A stretch of DNA of 64,000 nucleotides from Candidatus Nomurabacteria bacterium RIFCSPLOWO2_01_FULL_41_18 (GCA_001785865.1 MFUZ01000006.1:176880-240879); one strand, 5' to 3'. Shown: positions 30,373-40,211, numbered from the stretch's first letter. Numbers and translations are program-made. Notes: generated from the sequence alone by a model not told the origin.

Positions 30373-31848
30373 TTATTTTAACATTTCTATTAAAATTTGC
30401 TTTGTAACTACTGGATTTACAGAACCTTTTGTCTCTTTCATTATTTGGCCAACGAGAGACATCAATGCTTGCTCTTTGCCCCTTTTGTAATCTGCTACAA
30501 CCTTTGGATTAGCATCTATAATCTTTTGTGCTATTTGTTTTAACGCCCTTGTGTCATTACTCTGAAGTAAATTCTGTTCTGTAGCTATTTTAAGCGGTGA
30601 TTCATCTTTTGTGACTAAAGTTGCTAAAATATCTTTGGCCACACGAGAAGAAATCTTATTTTCTCCAACTAAATTTATAAGCTCTGAAAAATTGTTTTCA
30701 CTTGGAAGCTTTGCATTTTTTTCAGACTTTTTAATACCTATATAATCTGTCGTAATATAATTCGATGCTATTTTTATTTTATCCTTATCTTTTAAAACCT
30801 TTGCAACTTTTTCAAACCAAGCACTAAGCGTAGGGTCATTTATGTAAACTTCAATATCTTCGTCTTTTATTCGAAAATCTTTTTTATACCTAGAGCGCTT
30901 AGCAACAGGCAATTCCGGCAATTCTTTCTTCATCTTTTCTAAATCAAATGCTTCGTGCAGTTTCAATTTAGGAAGATCGGGTTCAGGAAAATAGCGGTAG
31001 TCGGCGCTTCCCTCCTTCTTTCTCTGTGAAAAAGTCTTTTGTTTATTTTCATCCCAGCCACGAGTTTCCTGTACTATTTCTGACTCTTTACCACTCTCTA
31101 GTAATTCAGTCATTCTATCAAGCTCATATTTTATGGCACGCTCCACACTTCTGAACGAATTTAGATTCTTCACTTCCACTTTTGTGCCTAATTTTTTAGA
31201 GTCCGTAGAAATAGAAATATTCGCCTCAACTCGCATTTCGCCTTTTTCCATATTTGCTTCCGACACGCCGAGATACCAGAGCAAGAGCTGAAATTCTTTT
31301 GCGAATTTTGTCGCGCCCAAAGCCGCCTCATCCGCTTTTTGAAATGTGGTCGATTCGGTGACCAGCTCCATTAACGGCATTCCGGCTCTATTAAAATCTA
31401 CTAAACTATACCTTCCGAGATCGCCTGCCCCGTAGGAAGTACTCTTTCCTTCGGGGTGTTTGTTGTTCGCAGTATCTTCCTCTAAGTGCACTCGGGTGAT
31501 ATCGAAATCCACCAAATGTCCGCCGGAGACTATCGGATACTTGTATTGCGAGATCTGATACCCCTTCGGGATGTCGGGATAAAAATAATTCTTGCGGTCA
31601 AATTCGGAGAAGTCCGCAATGTTGCCACCAATCGCGAGACCGACCTTGATGACATTTTCTATTGCTTGTTTGTTCGCGACAGGAAGAGCGCCGGGGTGCG
31701 CCATGCATACCGGGCAAATATTTGTATTCGGCCTCTCCTCGTCCGGGTCGTTCTTGCAAACACAAAACATTTTCGTCAGTGTTTTGAGTTCGGCGTGGAC
31801 CTCGAGACCGATCGTTGGGTAATATTTTTTATCCATAGGCAATATCAA
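30373..31848 (-). CDS. gatB: Asp/Glu-tRNA amidotransferase subunit B
   Basis: PTIGLEVHAEL, CPVCMAHPGALPV and a C-terminal GatB/YqeY domain. Confidence 0.9.
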   Translation of the reverse strand: MILPMDKKYYPTIGLEVHAELKTLTKMFCVCKNDPDEERPNTNICPVCMAHPGALPVANKQAIENVIKVGLAIGGNIADFSEFDRKNYFYPDIPKGYQISQYKYPIVSGGHLVDFDITRVHLEEDTANNKHPEGKSTSYGAGDLGRYSLVDFNRAGMPLMELVTESTTFQKADEAALGATKFAKEFQLLLWYLGVSEANMEKGEMRVEANISISTDSKKLGTKVEVKNLNSFRSVERAIKYELDRMTELLESGKESEIVQETRGWDENKQKTFSQRKKEGSADYRYFPEPDLPKLKLHEAFDLEKMKKELPELPVAKRSRYKKDFRIKDEDIEVYINDPTLSAWFEKVAKVLKDKDKIKIASNYITTDYIGIKKSEKNAKLPSENNFSELINLVGENKISSRVAKDILATLVTKDESPLKIATEQNLLQSNDTRALKQIAQKIIDANPKVVADYKRGKEQALMSLVGQIMKETKGSVNPVVTKQILIEMLK

Positions 31849-31883
31849 TATAATATCATAAACAACATCAACGTGCGTATGGA

Positions 31884-32564
31884 TTACTGCCTTTGAATTC
31901 TTTCTTGGACAATTTTTCCGTCGTCCAAATGAACTATGCGCTCGGCGAATTTGCTGTATTCTTCCTCGTGAGTCACCATAATGATAGTCTGGCCTCCTTT
32001 ATGTAGTTCTTTAAAAATATTCATGATGATACGGGAGGATTCGTTGTCGAGATTCGCTGTCGGCTCGTCGGCAAACAATATCTGCGGTTCATGTGCGATC
32101 GCCCGAGCGATGCTCACTCTCTGCTGTTCTCCGCCGGAGAGCTGGCTCGGCAAATTAAAAAGCTTTTTATCTAGTCCGATTTTTGAGAGAGCCTCGCCCG
32201 CCTTTTTATAGGCCTGCTTTTCCGAAATATTCTGCATCAAGAGAGGCAGAGCCACATTTTCGATTGCATTCATTTCAGGCAGGAGCGCATAGTCCTGAAA
32301 AACATACCCTAACTTGGAAAGACGAAAGTATGTCTTTTCACTGATTGAGAGTGAGTTCATATTTTTATTGTCTATATAAATATCCCCCTCGGTTGGCTCG
32401 TCGAGTAGGCTCATCTGGTAAAGAAAAGTGCTTTTCCCTGCACCGGAACGGCCCATGATTGCGATGAACTCCCCGCCTTTCGCTACAAAATTAATTCCTT
32501 TCAGAACTTCTGTCACAGTTTCTCCATCTTTGAATAATTTTTTTAAATTTTTTACTTCAATCAT
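31884..32564 (-). CDS. ABC transporter ATP-binding protein (MacB/LolD-type)
   Basis: Walker A GRSGAGKST, signature LSGGEQQR, Walker B ILFADEPT. Confidence 0.85.
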   Translation of the reverse strand: MIEVKNLKKLFKDGETVTEVLKGINFVAKGGEFIAIMGRSGAGKSTFLYQMSLLDEPTEGDIYIDNKNMNSLSISEKTYFRLSKLGYVFQDYALLPEMNAIENVALPLLMQNISEKQAYKKAGEALSKIGLDKKLFNLPSQLSGGEQQRVSIARAIAHEPQILFADEPTANLDNESSRIIMNIFKELHKGGQTIIMVTHEEEYSKFAERIVHLDDGKIVQERIQRQ

Positions 32565-32569
32565 ATAAT

Positions 32570-33826
32570 TTAATTTCTGCCTAAAATGGAATCTAATGTA
32601 TTTTTACGGACGATGAGACGCGCGGGGATAAACCCGGCCACTATCGTGGTAAACATCAATAACCCCACTCTAAATAACGTACCACCGACCGGGGCTACCA
32701 ATATACCGTCGCTGAAAGGAAAATCTATCGGATGCGCCGCGATAAATGGTTGGAGCACACCGTAAAGCACGAGAATGCCTATGACGGAACCGCAAAAAGC
32801 ATAAAAGAAGGATTGTAATATATAGGAGATCTCGATTGCCCTCTCATTGATGCCGATTCCTTTCAAAATTCCAATAAATTTTCTTCTGGTAATTGCATTG
32901 ATGAAAATCACAATGAAAATAGTGATCGAGGCGACGACCAGACCGATGGAAGAAAGCATGTTTCCGAGCAGAGCAAACGTGTCGATCATATCTTTTATGA
33001 ACTTCGGCTGCGCATCGGCATATGTTTGGACCTTGGCTACGCGGTCGATCCCATTCTGTTTGAGAATATCGCGGACAACTTCTGGATCGGTGCCAGGTTT
33101 CAGTTTGATGGATATTTCATCTACGTTGTAATCATTGCGCCCGATAATGCTGCGAAGCTGAGAATCCACCATGAAGACCCGGAGGCTGACTTCATCCACT
33201 TTCGCTTTAATGATGCCCTTGATAGTGACTTCTCGCTCGATACCGTGCACATTGATACGGATTTTCACGCCAGGAGCCACATTGTAAAGAGTTGTAAATC
33301 CTGGAGAATCGATCGGCAAATATTCGCTATCAAGATAAGCACCAAGCATGACTTGATCATAGTCTGTGGGCGAGAGGTATTCCCCTTCGACTATGAACTT
33401 CGAGAGATTGGTAACCTCGTCCTCAGCCACTGGATCAATGCCGGTCACTGAGGCGACAGCAGTGTTAGGTTTCTCTTTGTCATTGGTTCGCGTCTTGTAA
33501 TTGGCCTCGAGAGTACCGCCTTCCAGATATCGCGCCGAGACGGCTTCCACCTGTGGCAAAGAATTCACAATACTCATAATTTCCGGACTACTCTCTATGT
33601 AAGTTTTGTTATTTAAGGTAGATATGATGACATCACTCGTATAATGGCTACGCACAGCGACTATCGCCCCTTGGATGAGTCCCACCAAGATTCCGCTCAC
33701 CACCACTAAATTAATGAAGGTGAAAAACATTACGAAAATGATAAGAATTGTAGTCCATATACTAGACCTTCTGATTTGCCGTTTCGCCAGAAAAAATCCT
33801 ATTCGAATATTCAATAAAGAAAACAT
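32570..33826 (-). CDS. ABC transporter permease (FtsX/MacB-like)
   Basis: An N-terminal TM helix, a large extracytoplasmic domain, and three C-terminal TM helices. Confidence 0.75.
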   Translation of the reverse strand: MFSLLNIRIGFFLAKRQIRRSSIWTTILIIFVMFFTFINLVVVSGILVGLIQGAIVAVRSHYTSDVIISTLNNKTYIESSPEIMSIVNSLPQVEAVSARYLEGGTLEANYKTRTNDKEKPNTAVASVTGIDPVAEDEVTNLSKFIVEGEYLSPTDYDQVMLGAYLDSEYLPIDSPGFTTLYNVAPGVKIRINVHGIEREVTIKGIIKAKVDEVSLRVFMVDSQLRSIIGRNDYNVDEISIKLKPGTDPEVVRDILKQNGIDRVAKVQTYADAQPKFIKDMIDTFALLGNMLSSIGLVVASITIFIVIFINAITRRKFIGILKGIGINERAIEISYILQSFFYAFCGSVIGILVLYGVLQPFIAAHPIDFPFSDGILVAPVGGTLFRVGLLMFTTIVAGFIPARLIVRKNTLDSILGRN

Positions 33827-33828
33827 AA

Positions 33829-35364
33829 TTATTCGACTGGCGGGAGGGTTGGGTTGAGCACAACCATTTCCCCTACTTCCAGTCCTGACACAACCTCGAC
33901 TTGCCCCAAAGAAGAAATGTCCCCGAGTACCACCTCTCTGTCATTTATTTCTTTACCATTTTTTACCTGCACGAATTTTTTTCCGTCTTTTCCAAAGACG
34001 ACCCCTCCCGGCACAGTTATGACGTCCGGTTTGCTGAAAATTACTATGAGAACATTGGCGGTCATACCAGATTTTAGCCGGTCATCCTTTTCAACGAATT
34101 GGAGTTGGATCTTATAATTGGCGACGCCGTCCCGCACTGTTTCGGCTTGATCGATAGACACTACCTCCGCGTTGAAGGTCTCATTTTCTCCGTAGGCATC
34201 GAGAGTCACCAGAGCTTTGTCGTGAAGTTTAATAAGAGGAATATTTATTTCCGGGACGTAACTTTCTATGAGAAAAGTACCGGTACTTATCATTGTAATA
34301 AGAGGCTCATTCGTAGAAGCTATTTCCCCAACTTCTTTTTCGGTGTTTGTGATCAAGCCATCGAAAGGCGCGTAAATAGTGTTTTTCTTTATTTCTGCGT
34401 GTATTTTTTCAATTTCAGCGTCTAAAATGGAGGACGAACCGTCATTTTTCTCCGTTAAAAGCTTTTGATAATCCGACTCTGCATTTTTAATTGCCAAATC
34501 ACGCTCATCTTTTGCTTCATTGTAAGCATTCAGGTTTGTACCGTAAGAAGAACTGGTTTTATTGGGAATATCCAGGTACCAAGTCGTTCCCTCATAAGAA
34601 GATAGGCCAGGATCGTCGGGAAAAAAAATATAGAGCCCCCTCGTGCCGAGCAGTGTCGAGCCTTGTTTGTTAATGACTCTTTTTGTGTTTTCTAAATTAA
34701 AAGTGAAAAGCACATAATTAGGCAGAGTTACATTTTCTTTATCAATATAAATTTTATATCTTCCTTCCGCGCCTTTATAAATCCCTCCCAAAGTCGGCGG
34801 ATCTACACCATAGTCATTGACCTCTGGAATTAATTCCAAATCTTCTGTAAGCAAAGCTTGGTAAGTATTGTCGACTTTTGTATCTTCCTGATTTCGTACT
34901 TTTTCTAATACTTCTTTTGCGTCTTCCAGATCCACATTGGAAGTTCTGGAATTTATTTCTTTTATTTTAAGATCCGCGAGAAGATCTGTAATTTCAAGCT
35001 GCGCTAAAATCTGTCCAGCTTTGACATTCTGGTTCTCCTTTACAAAAATCCTACCTATCCGGCCGGAATCCGCAAAACCGAGCTCCGCTCTGCTAGATGT
35101 CTCCACTTTTCCAGAAACAGAAACTTGATTCACGAAAAGCGAACGCTTAACCATGATTGTTTCTCCTGATATTTCCCGTCTAGTCAAGAAGAAAATTACC
35201 ACAATAACAAAGAGGAACGCCCCGATCGCATAATAAAGATATTTCTTATTTAGCTTTGAAAAAATGGTCATGTTGGTATGAATATTAGCACAAAATCCCT
35301 TTTCTGCAAAATAAAAAACCCTTACTGACTTATTAAATTTATTTAACGGGAGATAATTCTGCAA
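33829..35364 (-). CDS. Periplasmic adaptor / membrane-fusion protein (HlyD/MacA-like)
   Basis: TM anchor, coiled-coil hairpin, and a lipoyl/beta-barrel C-terminal domain. It is the first gene of the ABC trio. Confidence 0.6.
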   Translation of the reverse strand: MQNYLPLNKFNKSVRVFYFAEKGFCANIHTNMTIFSKLNKKYLYYAIGAFLFVIVVIFFLTRREISGETIMVKRSLFVNQVSVSGKVETSSRAELGFADSGRIGRIFVKENQNVKAGQILAQLEITDLLADLKIKEINSRTSNVDLEDAKEVLEKVRNQEDTKVDNTYQALLTEDLELIPEVNDYGVDPPTLGGIYKGAEGRYKIYIDKENVTLPNYVLFTFNLENTKRVINKQGSTLLGTRGLYIFFPDDPGLSSYEGTTWYLDIPNKTSSSYGTNLNAYNEAKDERDLAIKNAESDYQKLLTEKNDGSSSILDAEIEKIHAEIKKNTIYAPFDGLITNTEKEVGEIASTNEPLITMISTGTFLIESYVPEINIPLIKLHDKALVTLDAYGENETFNAEVVSIDQAETVRDGVANYKIQLQFVEKDDRLKSGMTANVLIVIFSKPDVITVPGGVVFGKDGKKFVQVKNGKEINDREVVLGDISSLGQVEVVSGLEVGEMVVLNPTLPPVE

Positions 35365-35728
35365 TTAAAGAATCTAACATTCTATTAGCTATATCTACAT
35401 CCTCTTCCGTGTAAAATCTTTCAGTACCCCGAAGGGTGTCGCAAAACCTGGAAAATTCTTCGCATTGTTTCTTAACTTCAGGATTATTTATCAATTCATG
35501 TGTATTTAAAACCATAATGACCCCCAATACATTACTAAAGAACACAGTTCGACATTTATACCTTTGATAATTTGGCATTTCAGGTCGCAATCTTTTAGAA
35601 GGAATTTCCTCTATATAATCAAACCTTAAAACATTAAGAAGCTTCAAATATTCTTCTCTTATTTTCGAAATTTTTTCAGGACTCGGAGTTACTTTTATTT
35701 TTTGGAATTGTTTAAAATTTTCATCCAT
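35339..35728 (-). CDS. Hypothetical protein
   Basis: 129-aa ORF with no recognisable motif. Confidence 0.4.
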   Translation of the reverse strand: MDENFKQFQKIKVTPSPEKISKIREEYLKLLNVLRFDYIEEIPSKRLRPEMPNYQRYKCRTVFFSNVLGVIMVLNTHELINNPEVKKQCEEFSRFCDTLRGTERFYTEEDVDIANRMLDSLIAELSPVK

Positions 35729-35740
35729 GGTAAATTTTGG

Positions 35741-36751
35741 TTACTTTTTCTTTAAAATCTTTACCAGTGCATCTTGAAACTTCTTCACAGCTTTATCATC
35801 AAATAAAGATAAAGTAAATACGTTTTTACTTATTTTCTTAAATTCTGCTACTTTTTTTAGGACGACTTTCGGATCATCTATTACATCACTTTTTGTTAAA
35901 ATAATTATTTCTTCTTTCTCTGATAAACCTTCTACTCCTAAATCTAAGCTTTGATCGTATTTTGCCAACTCTTTGCGAATTTCTTTGTAGCTCTTCATCA
36001 TGCCCGTCGAACCTCTGGATAAATTCTCGAACGAGATCAAGTGCGCGAGCATCTTGGTGCGCTTGATGTGACGTAAAAATTTGACCCCGAGCCCCTTGCC
36101 CTCGGACGCCCCTTCTATAAGTCCTGGAATATCGGCAATGATGTAACCGAAAAAATCTCCCAGATTTGGATCAAGTGTGGTAAAAGGATAATCTCCCACT
36201 TTCGCTTCAGCATTTGTAAGCGCGTTTAAGAGCGAAGACTTGCCTGCATTCGGAAGCCCGATAAATCCAATATCTGCAAAAAGCTCCAGCTCTATTTTAA
36301 AATTCCCGCTTTCTCCGGGTCCTCCGATGTTTGATTCATGTGGAGTAGTATTGATCGAGCTTTTGAAATGCTCATTTCCAAAACCTCCAAAGCCGCCCTT
36401 CAAAATAAGTATTTTCTCTCCTTCTTTTGTTAATTGCCATTTCTCATTAGTATCGAAATTGGTAATAATAGAACCCACTGGCAATTTTAGAACAAAATCT
36501 TCTCCATTTGCTCCATGTAAACTTTTACTTCCGCCGTCCTCTCCTCTCCCAGCGACAAAACTTTTTTTGGTTTTGTATTTTGAAAGAATATGAACGTCAC
36601 GCACTGACTGTACGTAAAAATTCCCACCCTTGCCAGCGTCACCTCCGGCTGGTCCGCCTTTCGGTTCAAATTTCTGGCGATGCCAGCGCACGACGCCGTT
36701 TCCGCCGTGCCCCGCCTCCGCATATATTTGTATTTCATCAATAAAGGCCAT
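35741..36751 (-). CDS. obgE: GTPase Obg
   Basis: Obg fold with a Gly-rich N-terminus (AEAGHGGNGVVRWHRQKF), G1 GLPNAGKSSL, and G3 DIPGLIEGA. Confidence 0.9.
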   Translation of the reverse strand: MAFIDEIQIYAEAGHGGNGVVRWHRQKFEPKGGPAGGDAGKGGNFYVQSVRDVHILSKYKTKKSFVAGRGEDGGSKSLHGANGEDFVLKLPVGSIITNFDTNEKWQLTKEGEKILILKGGFGGFGNEHFKSSINTTPHESNIGGPGESGNFKIELELFADIGFIGLPNAGKSSLLNALTNAEAKVGDYPFTTLDPNLGDFFGYIIADIPGLIEGASEGKGLGVKFLRHIKRTKMLAHLISFENLSRGSTGMMKSYKEIRKELAKYDQSLDLGVEGLSEKEEIIILTKSDVIDDPKVVLKKVAEFKKISKNVFTLSLFDDKAVKKFQDALVKILKKK

Positions 36752-36770
36752 CTTGAATAGGCTCTAGGCT

Positions 36771-37700
36771 TTAGGCACTAGGCGTTAACTTATAATCTAA
36801 GGCAAGTTGTGATAATTTGATGGCTCCCTCTTTTGATTTTGCTACCGCGAGGAAAAGAGCCCGATGGCAGAATACAGCATCCTGGACACCGGTAAGTTCC
36901 TGTAATTTTTTGTCCATAAGCCCAGCCCAGGATGCAGGAAGATCTTTTCTGTTTCCAAAGCTGTTTTTTGTTTTTCTCATAGCTACTGCAGACCATTTTT
37001 CATTGTCACCAAATACGGCGAATAAGGGTTCGGTAAAATTTTGCAAAGCATCCCAGATCTCAAATTTAGAAACTTTCGGCTCATCTATCACAATCAATCT
37101 TTTATCTTTTGCTTTTTTATAAAAACCTTTGATAATTTGGGCGACTTCTATTTGATCGTTCGCTTTCTTTATTTCTCTTTGAAGAATTTCTTTGCCCCAA
37201 GCAAACGCTTTTAAAAACTGTTTGTCTTTTTCCATATCTTCCAGAGAAGTCGGTGAAAAAATGGCGAAAACATCCTGTAAAGTATATGCCGAAATATTTG
37301 GAAAATTATTTTTATATAAATCAATCCCATTATCATTGGCATCTATCGGCATTGCAAGTTTGTGCTCGATAAAATCCGCAACTTCTTTGTTGCCGGCAAC
37401 TTCCACACCAAATTTTTTCCATACCAGACCAAAAGAGGAATAGGGTATTCCTTCCCTTTCACCTGCCCCGTCCGTTTGATGATGATCAAACCTATTTAAT
37501 TTTGCATCATATATTCCCCCCACATCAAAAACATAGTCCGCGTCATGTATGGTTTCTTTATCTCTCGTGCGAATTACTTCAAATTTCTCCCGCTTTTTCT
37601 CAAGCAATAAAGACAGCGTTGCGTAGGCAAAAATGTCATCCGCGTGAAAAGACCCGTCATGGGTAATTAGTTTTAATTTTTTTTCTTTCTTGCCCATCAT
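36771..37700 (-). CDS. MYG1/UPF0160 family metal-dependent hydrolase
   Basis: HDGSFHADD motif. Confidence 0.7.
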   Translation of the reverse strand: MMGKKEKKLKLITHDGSFHADDIFAYATLSLLLEKKREKFEVIRTRDKETIHDADYVFDVGGIYDAKLNRFDHHQTDGAGEREGIPYSSFGLVWKKFGVEVAGNKEVADFIEHKLAMPIDANDNGIDLYKNNFPNISAYTLQDVFAIFSPTSLEDMEKDKQFLKAFAWGKEILQREIKKANDQIEVAQIIKGFYKKAKDKRLIVIDEPKVSKFEIWDALQNFTEPLFAVFGDNEKWSAVAMRKTKNSFGNRKDLPASWAGLMDKKLQELTGVQDAVFCHRALFLAVAKSKEGAIKLSQLALDYKLTPSA

Positions 37701-37703
37701 AAT

Positions 37704-38153
37704 TTAAAAAAGACTGTCCACGACTGCTTTTACCACCATCCCGTCTGCTTTGCCTTTTAGTTCTTTCATAAGAGCTGACATGAGCATTCCCTTCTTTGCG
37801 GCATCTGTGATTTTAAGTTCCTCTTTTTTAATACGAGCAATTTTTTCCACTTCACCCCTATCCATCATTTTTGGCAAATAAGTTTCAAGTATCGCCAGCT
37901 CGGATTCTTCTTCTTTTACTAAATCCTCTCTATTTCCCTTTTTAAATTGCTCTATTGAGTCTTTTCTTTGTTTTGCGAGTTTAGTTATAACAGAAATAGC
38001 TTCGGGGTCTGTGAGCATTTCTTGTGGTTTTCTATTTTTGGCGACAAGCTCGTTGGTAAATGCGGCAGACATGGCCCGGAAAGCTTTCAAGCGCAAAACG
38101 TCTTTTGCCATCATTGCTTCTTTTATTCCATTTTTAATTTGTTCGTGTAGCAT
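37704..38153 (-). CDS. GatB/YqeY domain protein
   Basis: YqeY-like helical repeat sequence. The probable start is MLHEQ. Confidence 0.65.
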   Translation of the reverse strand: MLHEQIKNGIKEAMMAKDVLRLKAFRAMSAAFTNELVAKNRKPQEMLTDPEAISVITKLAKQRKDSIEQFKKGNREDLVKEEESELAILETYLPKMMDRGEVEKIARIKKEELKITDAAKKGMLMSALMKELKGKADGMVVKAVVDSLF

Positions 38154-38191
38154 TGCTTGATTATAACAAAGAAATATTGTTTTAGAAAGCC

Positions 38192-38262
38192 TTGCACAGG
38201 CGGGTAGCCGAGCAGTTCGCCCTGCCAAGCTTGCAGGGATAGATTGCTTTATAAAATAATAT
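38192..38262 (+). repeat. Partial third copy of the ~134-bp repeat, with a covarying palindrome around AAGCTT
   Basis: gagcagttcgcc-ctgccaagcttgcaggg-atagattgcttt compared with gagcagttcgc-tggcaaagctttgccag-atagattgcttt in copies 1 and 2. Confidence 0.6.
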
Positions 38263-38284
38263 TTCTTTGTGGTAATATAGTAAG

Positions 38285-39001
38285 ATGGCTAAGCTAATAT
38301 TTTTTGATACGGAGACCACGGGCAATGAACAGAAGGACTCCCTATGCCAAATTGCTTATAAAAGTGGTGATGAAAGTTTTACTGGCCTTTACAAGCCTCC
38401 ACTAAAAATTCCACCCGAAGCTTCTGCTGTACACCATATAACCAATAAGATGGTCGCCGACAAACCATCTTTTGCTGAAAGTGGGGATTTGTCTAAAATT
38501 AAAAAACTTTTTGAAGATAAAGACATCGTCGTCGTGGCTCACAACGCGCCTTTTGATTTGATGATAGTCGAAAAAGAAGGAATCAAGCCGCAAAAATTTA
38601 TTTGCACTTTACGGGTTGCCAGACATTTAGACCCAGAGGGAAAAATAGAAAGATATAACTTACAATATTTGCGTTACTTACTCGAAATAGAAATAGATGC
38701 CACTGCTCATGACGCGCTTGGTGATGTGTTGGTCTTAGAAAAACTTTTTGAGCGATTGAAAAATAAATTAATTCAGAGCGAGAATGTAAGCGAAGATGAA
38801 GCGATAAATAAAATGATTGAAATCTCTTCGCACCCTTCACTTCTGCGTTCATTCAACTTTGGCAAACATACTGGTAAAAAAATAGAAGAAGTAGCGAAAG
38901 TAGATAGAGGCTATCTGGAATGGCTACTAGCCCAAAAACTCGAAAGCGATCAAATAGATGAGGATTGGATTTATACGTTGAAACATTATTTGGGGAAATA
39001 A
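38285..39001 (+). CDS. DnaQ-like 3'-5' exonuclease with a C-terminal DUF3820-like domain
   Basis: Exo I FFDTETTG, Exo II VVAHNAPFDL, and C-terminus KHTGKKIEEVAKVDRGYLEWLL. Confidence 0.75.
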   Translation: MAKLIFFDTETTGNEQKDSLCQIAYKSGDESFTGLYKPPLKIPPEASAVHHITNKMVADKPSFAESGDLSKIKKLFEDKDIVVVAHNAPFDLMIVEKEGIKPQKFICTLRVARHLDPEGKIERYNLQYLRYLLEIEIDATAHDALGDVLVLEKLFERLKNKLIQSENVSEDEAINKMIEISSHPSLLRSFNFGKHTGKKIEEVAKVDRGYLEWLLAQKLESDQIDEDWIYTLKHYLGK

Positions 39002-39004
39002 TCA

Positions 39005-39052
39005 CCACCCCCTACCCCCGCCTTAATCAAGGAGGGGGTTAGGGGGTGGTAA
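39005..39052 (+). terminator. G/C-rich hairpin CCACCCCCTACCCCC...GGGGGTTAGGGGGTGG
   Basis: Imperfect 15-bp stem immediately after the stop codon. Confidence 0.5.
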
Positions 39053-39074
39053 TTCTGAATTCGGAAGGAAAAAC

Positions 39075-39106
39075 TTGACAATAGCTGTGTGTGTGTGTGT
39101 TAAATT
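39075..39106 (+). promoter_or_regulatory. TTGACA promoter with a (TG)7 dinucleotide tract in the spacer (20-nt spacer to TAAATT)
   Basis: ttgaca-atagc-(tg)7t-taaatt. Losing one or two TG units would give 18 or 16 nt, close to the optimal 17-nt spacing (candidate slipped-strand switch). Confidence 0.4.
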
Positions 39107-39140
39107 TTCAATCGAAAAGAAAACCCAACGAAAGGCTGTT

Positions 39141-39350
39141 ATGCTAGTACAAATTGTAAGTGCCCCTACAGGTTTAAGTTTGGTGGGAATAATGCACGTA
39201 GGTGCAGTCCACACCGGCAAGGCAATCGTCTGTATTAATGAACAACAAGGTTTGTTGGAAATTCACAACGGAGACGACAACGACCTTAAGACGTTGCGAG
39301 AAAAGGCAAGAATCACCTTGCAACAAGTTCCCAGCGAAAAAAGAGTGTGA
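39141..39350 (+). CDS. Small hypothetical protein (69 aa)
   Basis: RBS aaagg is 6 nt upstream. It is followed by repeated terminator module A. Confidence 0.35.
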   Translation: MLVQIVSAPTGLSLVGIMHVGAVHTGKAIVCINEQQGLLEIHNGDDNDLKTLREKARITLQQVPSEKRV

Positions 39351-39371
39351 AAAAGTGTGCATTCTGCCGCT

Positions 39372-39420
39372 TGTGAGGAGCCGAGCTTCCACAGGCGGCT
39401 TCTTATTTTTATTTAAATAA
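39372..39420 (+). terminator. Repeated terminator module (copy A): GCCGCTTGT-loop-ACAGGCGGC plus TTCTTATTTTTATTT
   Basis: About 55 nt, almost identical to 40525-40580. Confidence 0.65.
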
Positions 39421-39447
39421 ATGTGGTAAAATAAATTGGAAACTTGA

Positions 39448-39481
39448 TTACCTAACTTTTCCGACCGGTAGAGTTAGGTAA
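39448..39481. repeat. 34-bp palindrome TTACCTAAC-N16-GTTAGGTAA (copy 1), overlapping the 3' end of the PaaX-like CDS
   Basis: Perfect 9-bp arms. It codes the last 9 residues (LPNSTGRKS) and the stop codon. Confidence 0.65.
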
Positions 39482-40087
39482 ATTGAAAGTTTTTCGCAAA
39501 TGCCAATCATTTTCTAATTTTTCTACTATCATATACAAAACATCTTTTCCTATCTTAAAATCCGCTTTTAATAAAGAAATCAGATCCTCGCAATCATACG
39601 GATATAGCCAGACACTATTTTGAAGCCGAATAAAGCCTATTTGAGAAAGTGTTTGCCTTAAAAGAAATCTGGTTTTACTCCTTGATTCTTTTATATCAAA
39701 AATAACTACCCTCCAACGACCATCCCATTTTTTTGGAATTTTTAATTTAAAATTATGCTTATCAAGAAAATCCAACTTACTTTCCCCTTTCCTTGTAATA
39801 CGGGCAACTTTTTTCCCATTTATTTCAATTATTTCAATAAAGCCTTTTTCTCTAAGACGTGTAAAGGAATCATTTATGGAGTACTTTAAATTCTTTTTTC
39901 TTTTAAAAGAACTCTCAAGTTTTTTAATAGCTGATAAAACATTGGGAGCAACCAGAGCAACTCCAAGCATGCCAGCGGTAAAAACTGTGTTTAAAATTAT
40001 TTTTTGAATATTTTTGCGTTTATCCTTCTTTTTGATTTCTTGTTCTAAATTTCCCATATATTGATAACTACGTAAATTATAATCCAC
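39452..40087 (-). CDS. PaaX-family transcriptional regulator-like protein
   Basis: N-terminal winged-helix region (RLREKGFIEI...ARITRKGESKL). C-terminal WDGRWRVVIFDIKESRSKTRFLLRQTLSQIGFIRLQNSVWLYP matches the PaaX_C pattern. Confidence 0.55.
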   Translation of the reverse strand: MDYNLRSYQYMGNLEQEIKKKDKRKNIQKIILNTVFTAGMLGVALVAPNVLSAIKKLESSFKRKKNLKYSINDSFTRLREKGFIEIIEINGKKVARITRKGESKLDFLDKHNFKLKIPKKWDGRWRVVIFDIKESRSKTRFLLRQTLSQIGFIRLQNSVWLYPYDCEDLISLLKADFKIGKDVLYMIVEKLENDWHLRKTFNLPNSTGRKS

Positions 40088-40097
40088 AAATATAAAA

Positions 40098-40131
40098 TTA
40101 CCTAATTATTCCGACCGGTAGAGTTAGGTAA
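40098..40131. repeat. 34-bp palindrome TTACCTAAT-N16-GTTAGGTAA (copy 2), 11 nt upstream of the PaaX-like start codon
   Basis: Differs by one base from copy 1. It is a candidate operator. Confidence 0.65.
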
Positions 40132-40211
40132 TTTAGCAAAGTAAAAAATTGACACCTTACGCCTGAAGTGTTAGTTTTTAAGGGATAATCAACTAGTTCA
40201 CCAAAGGACAT

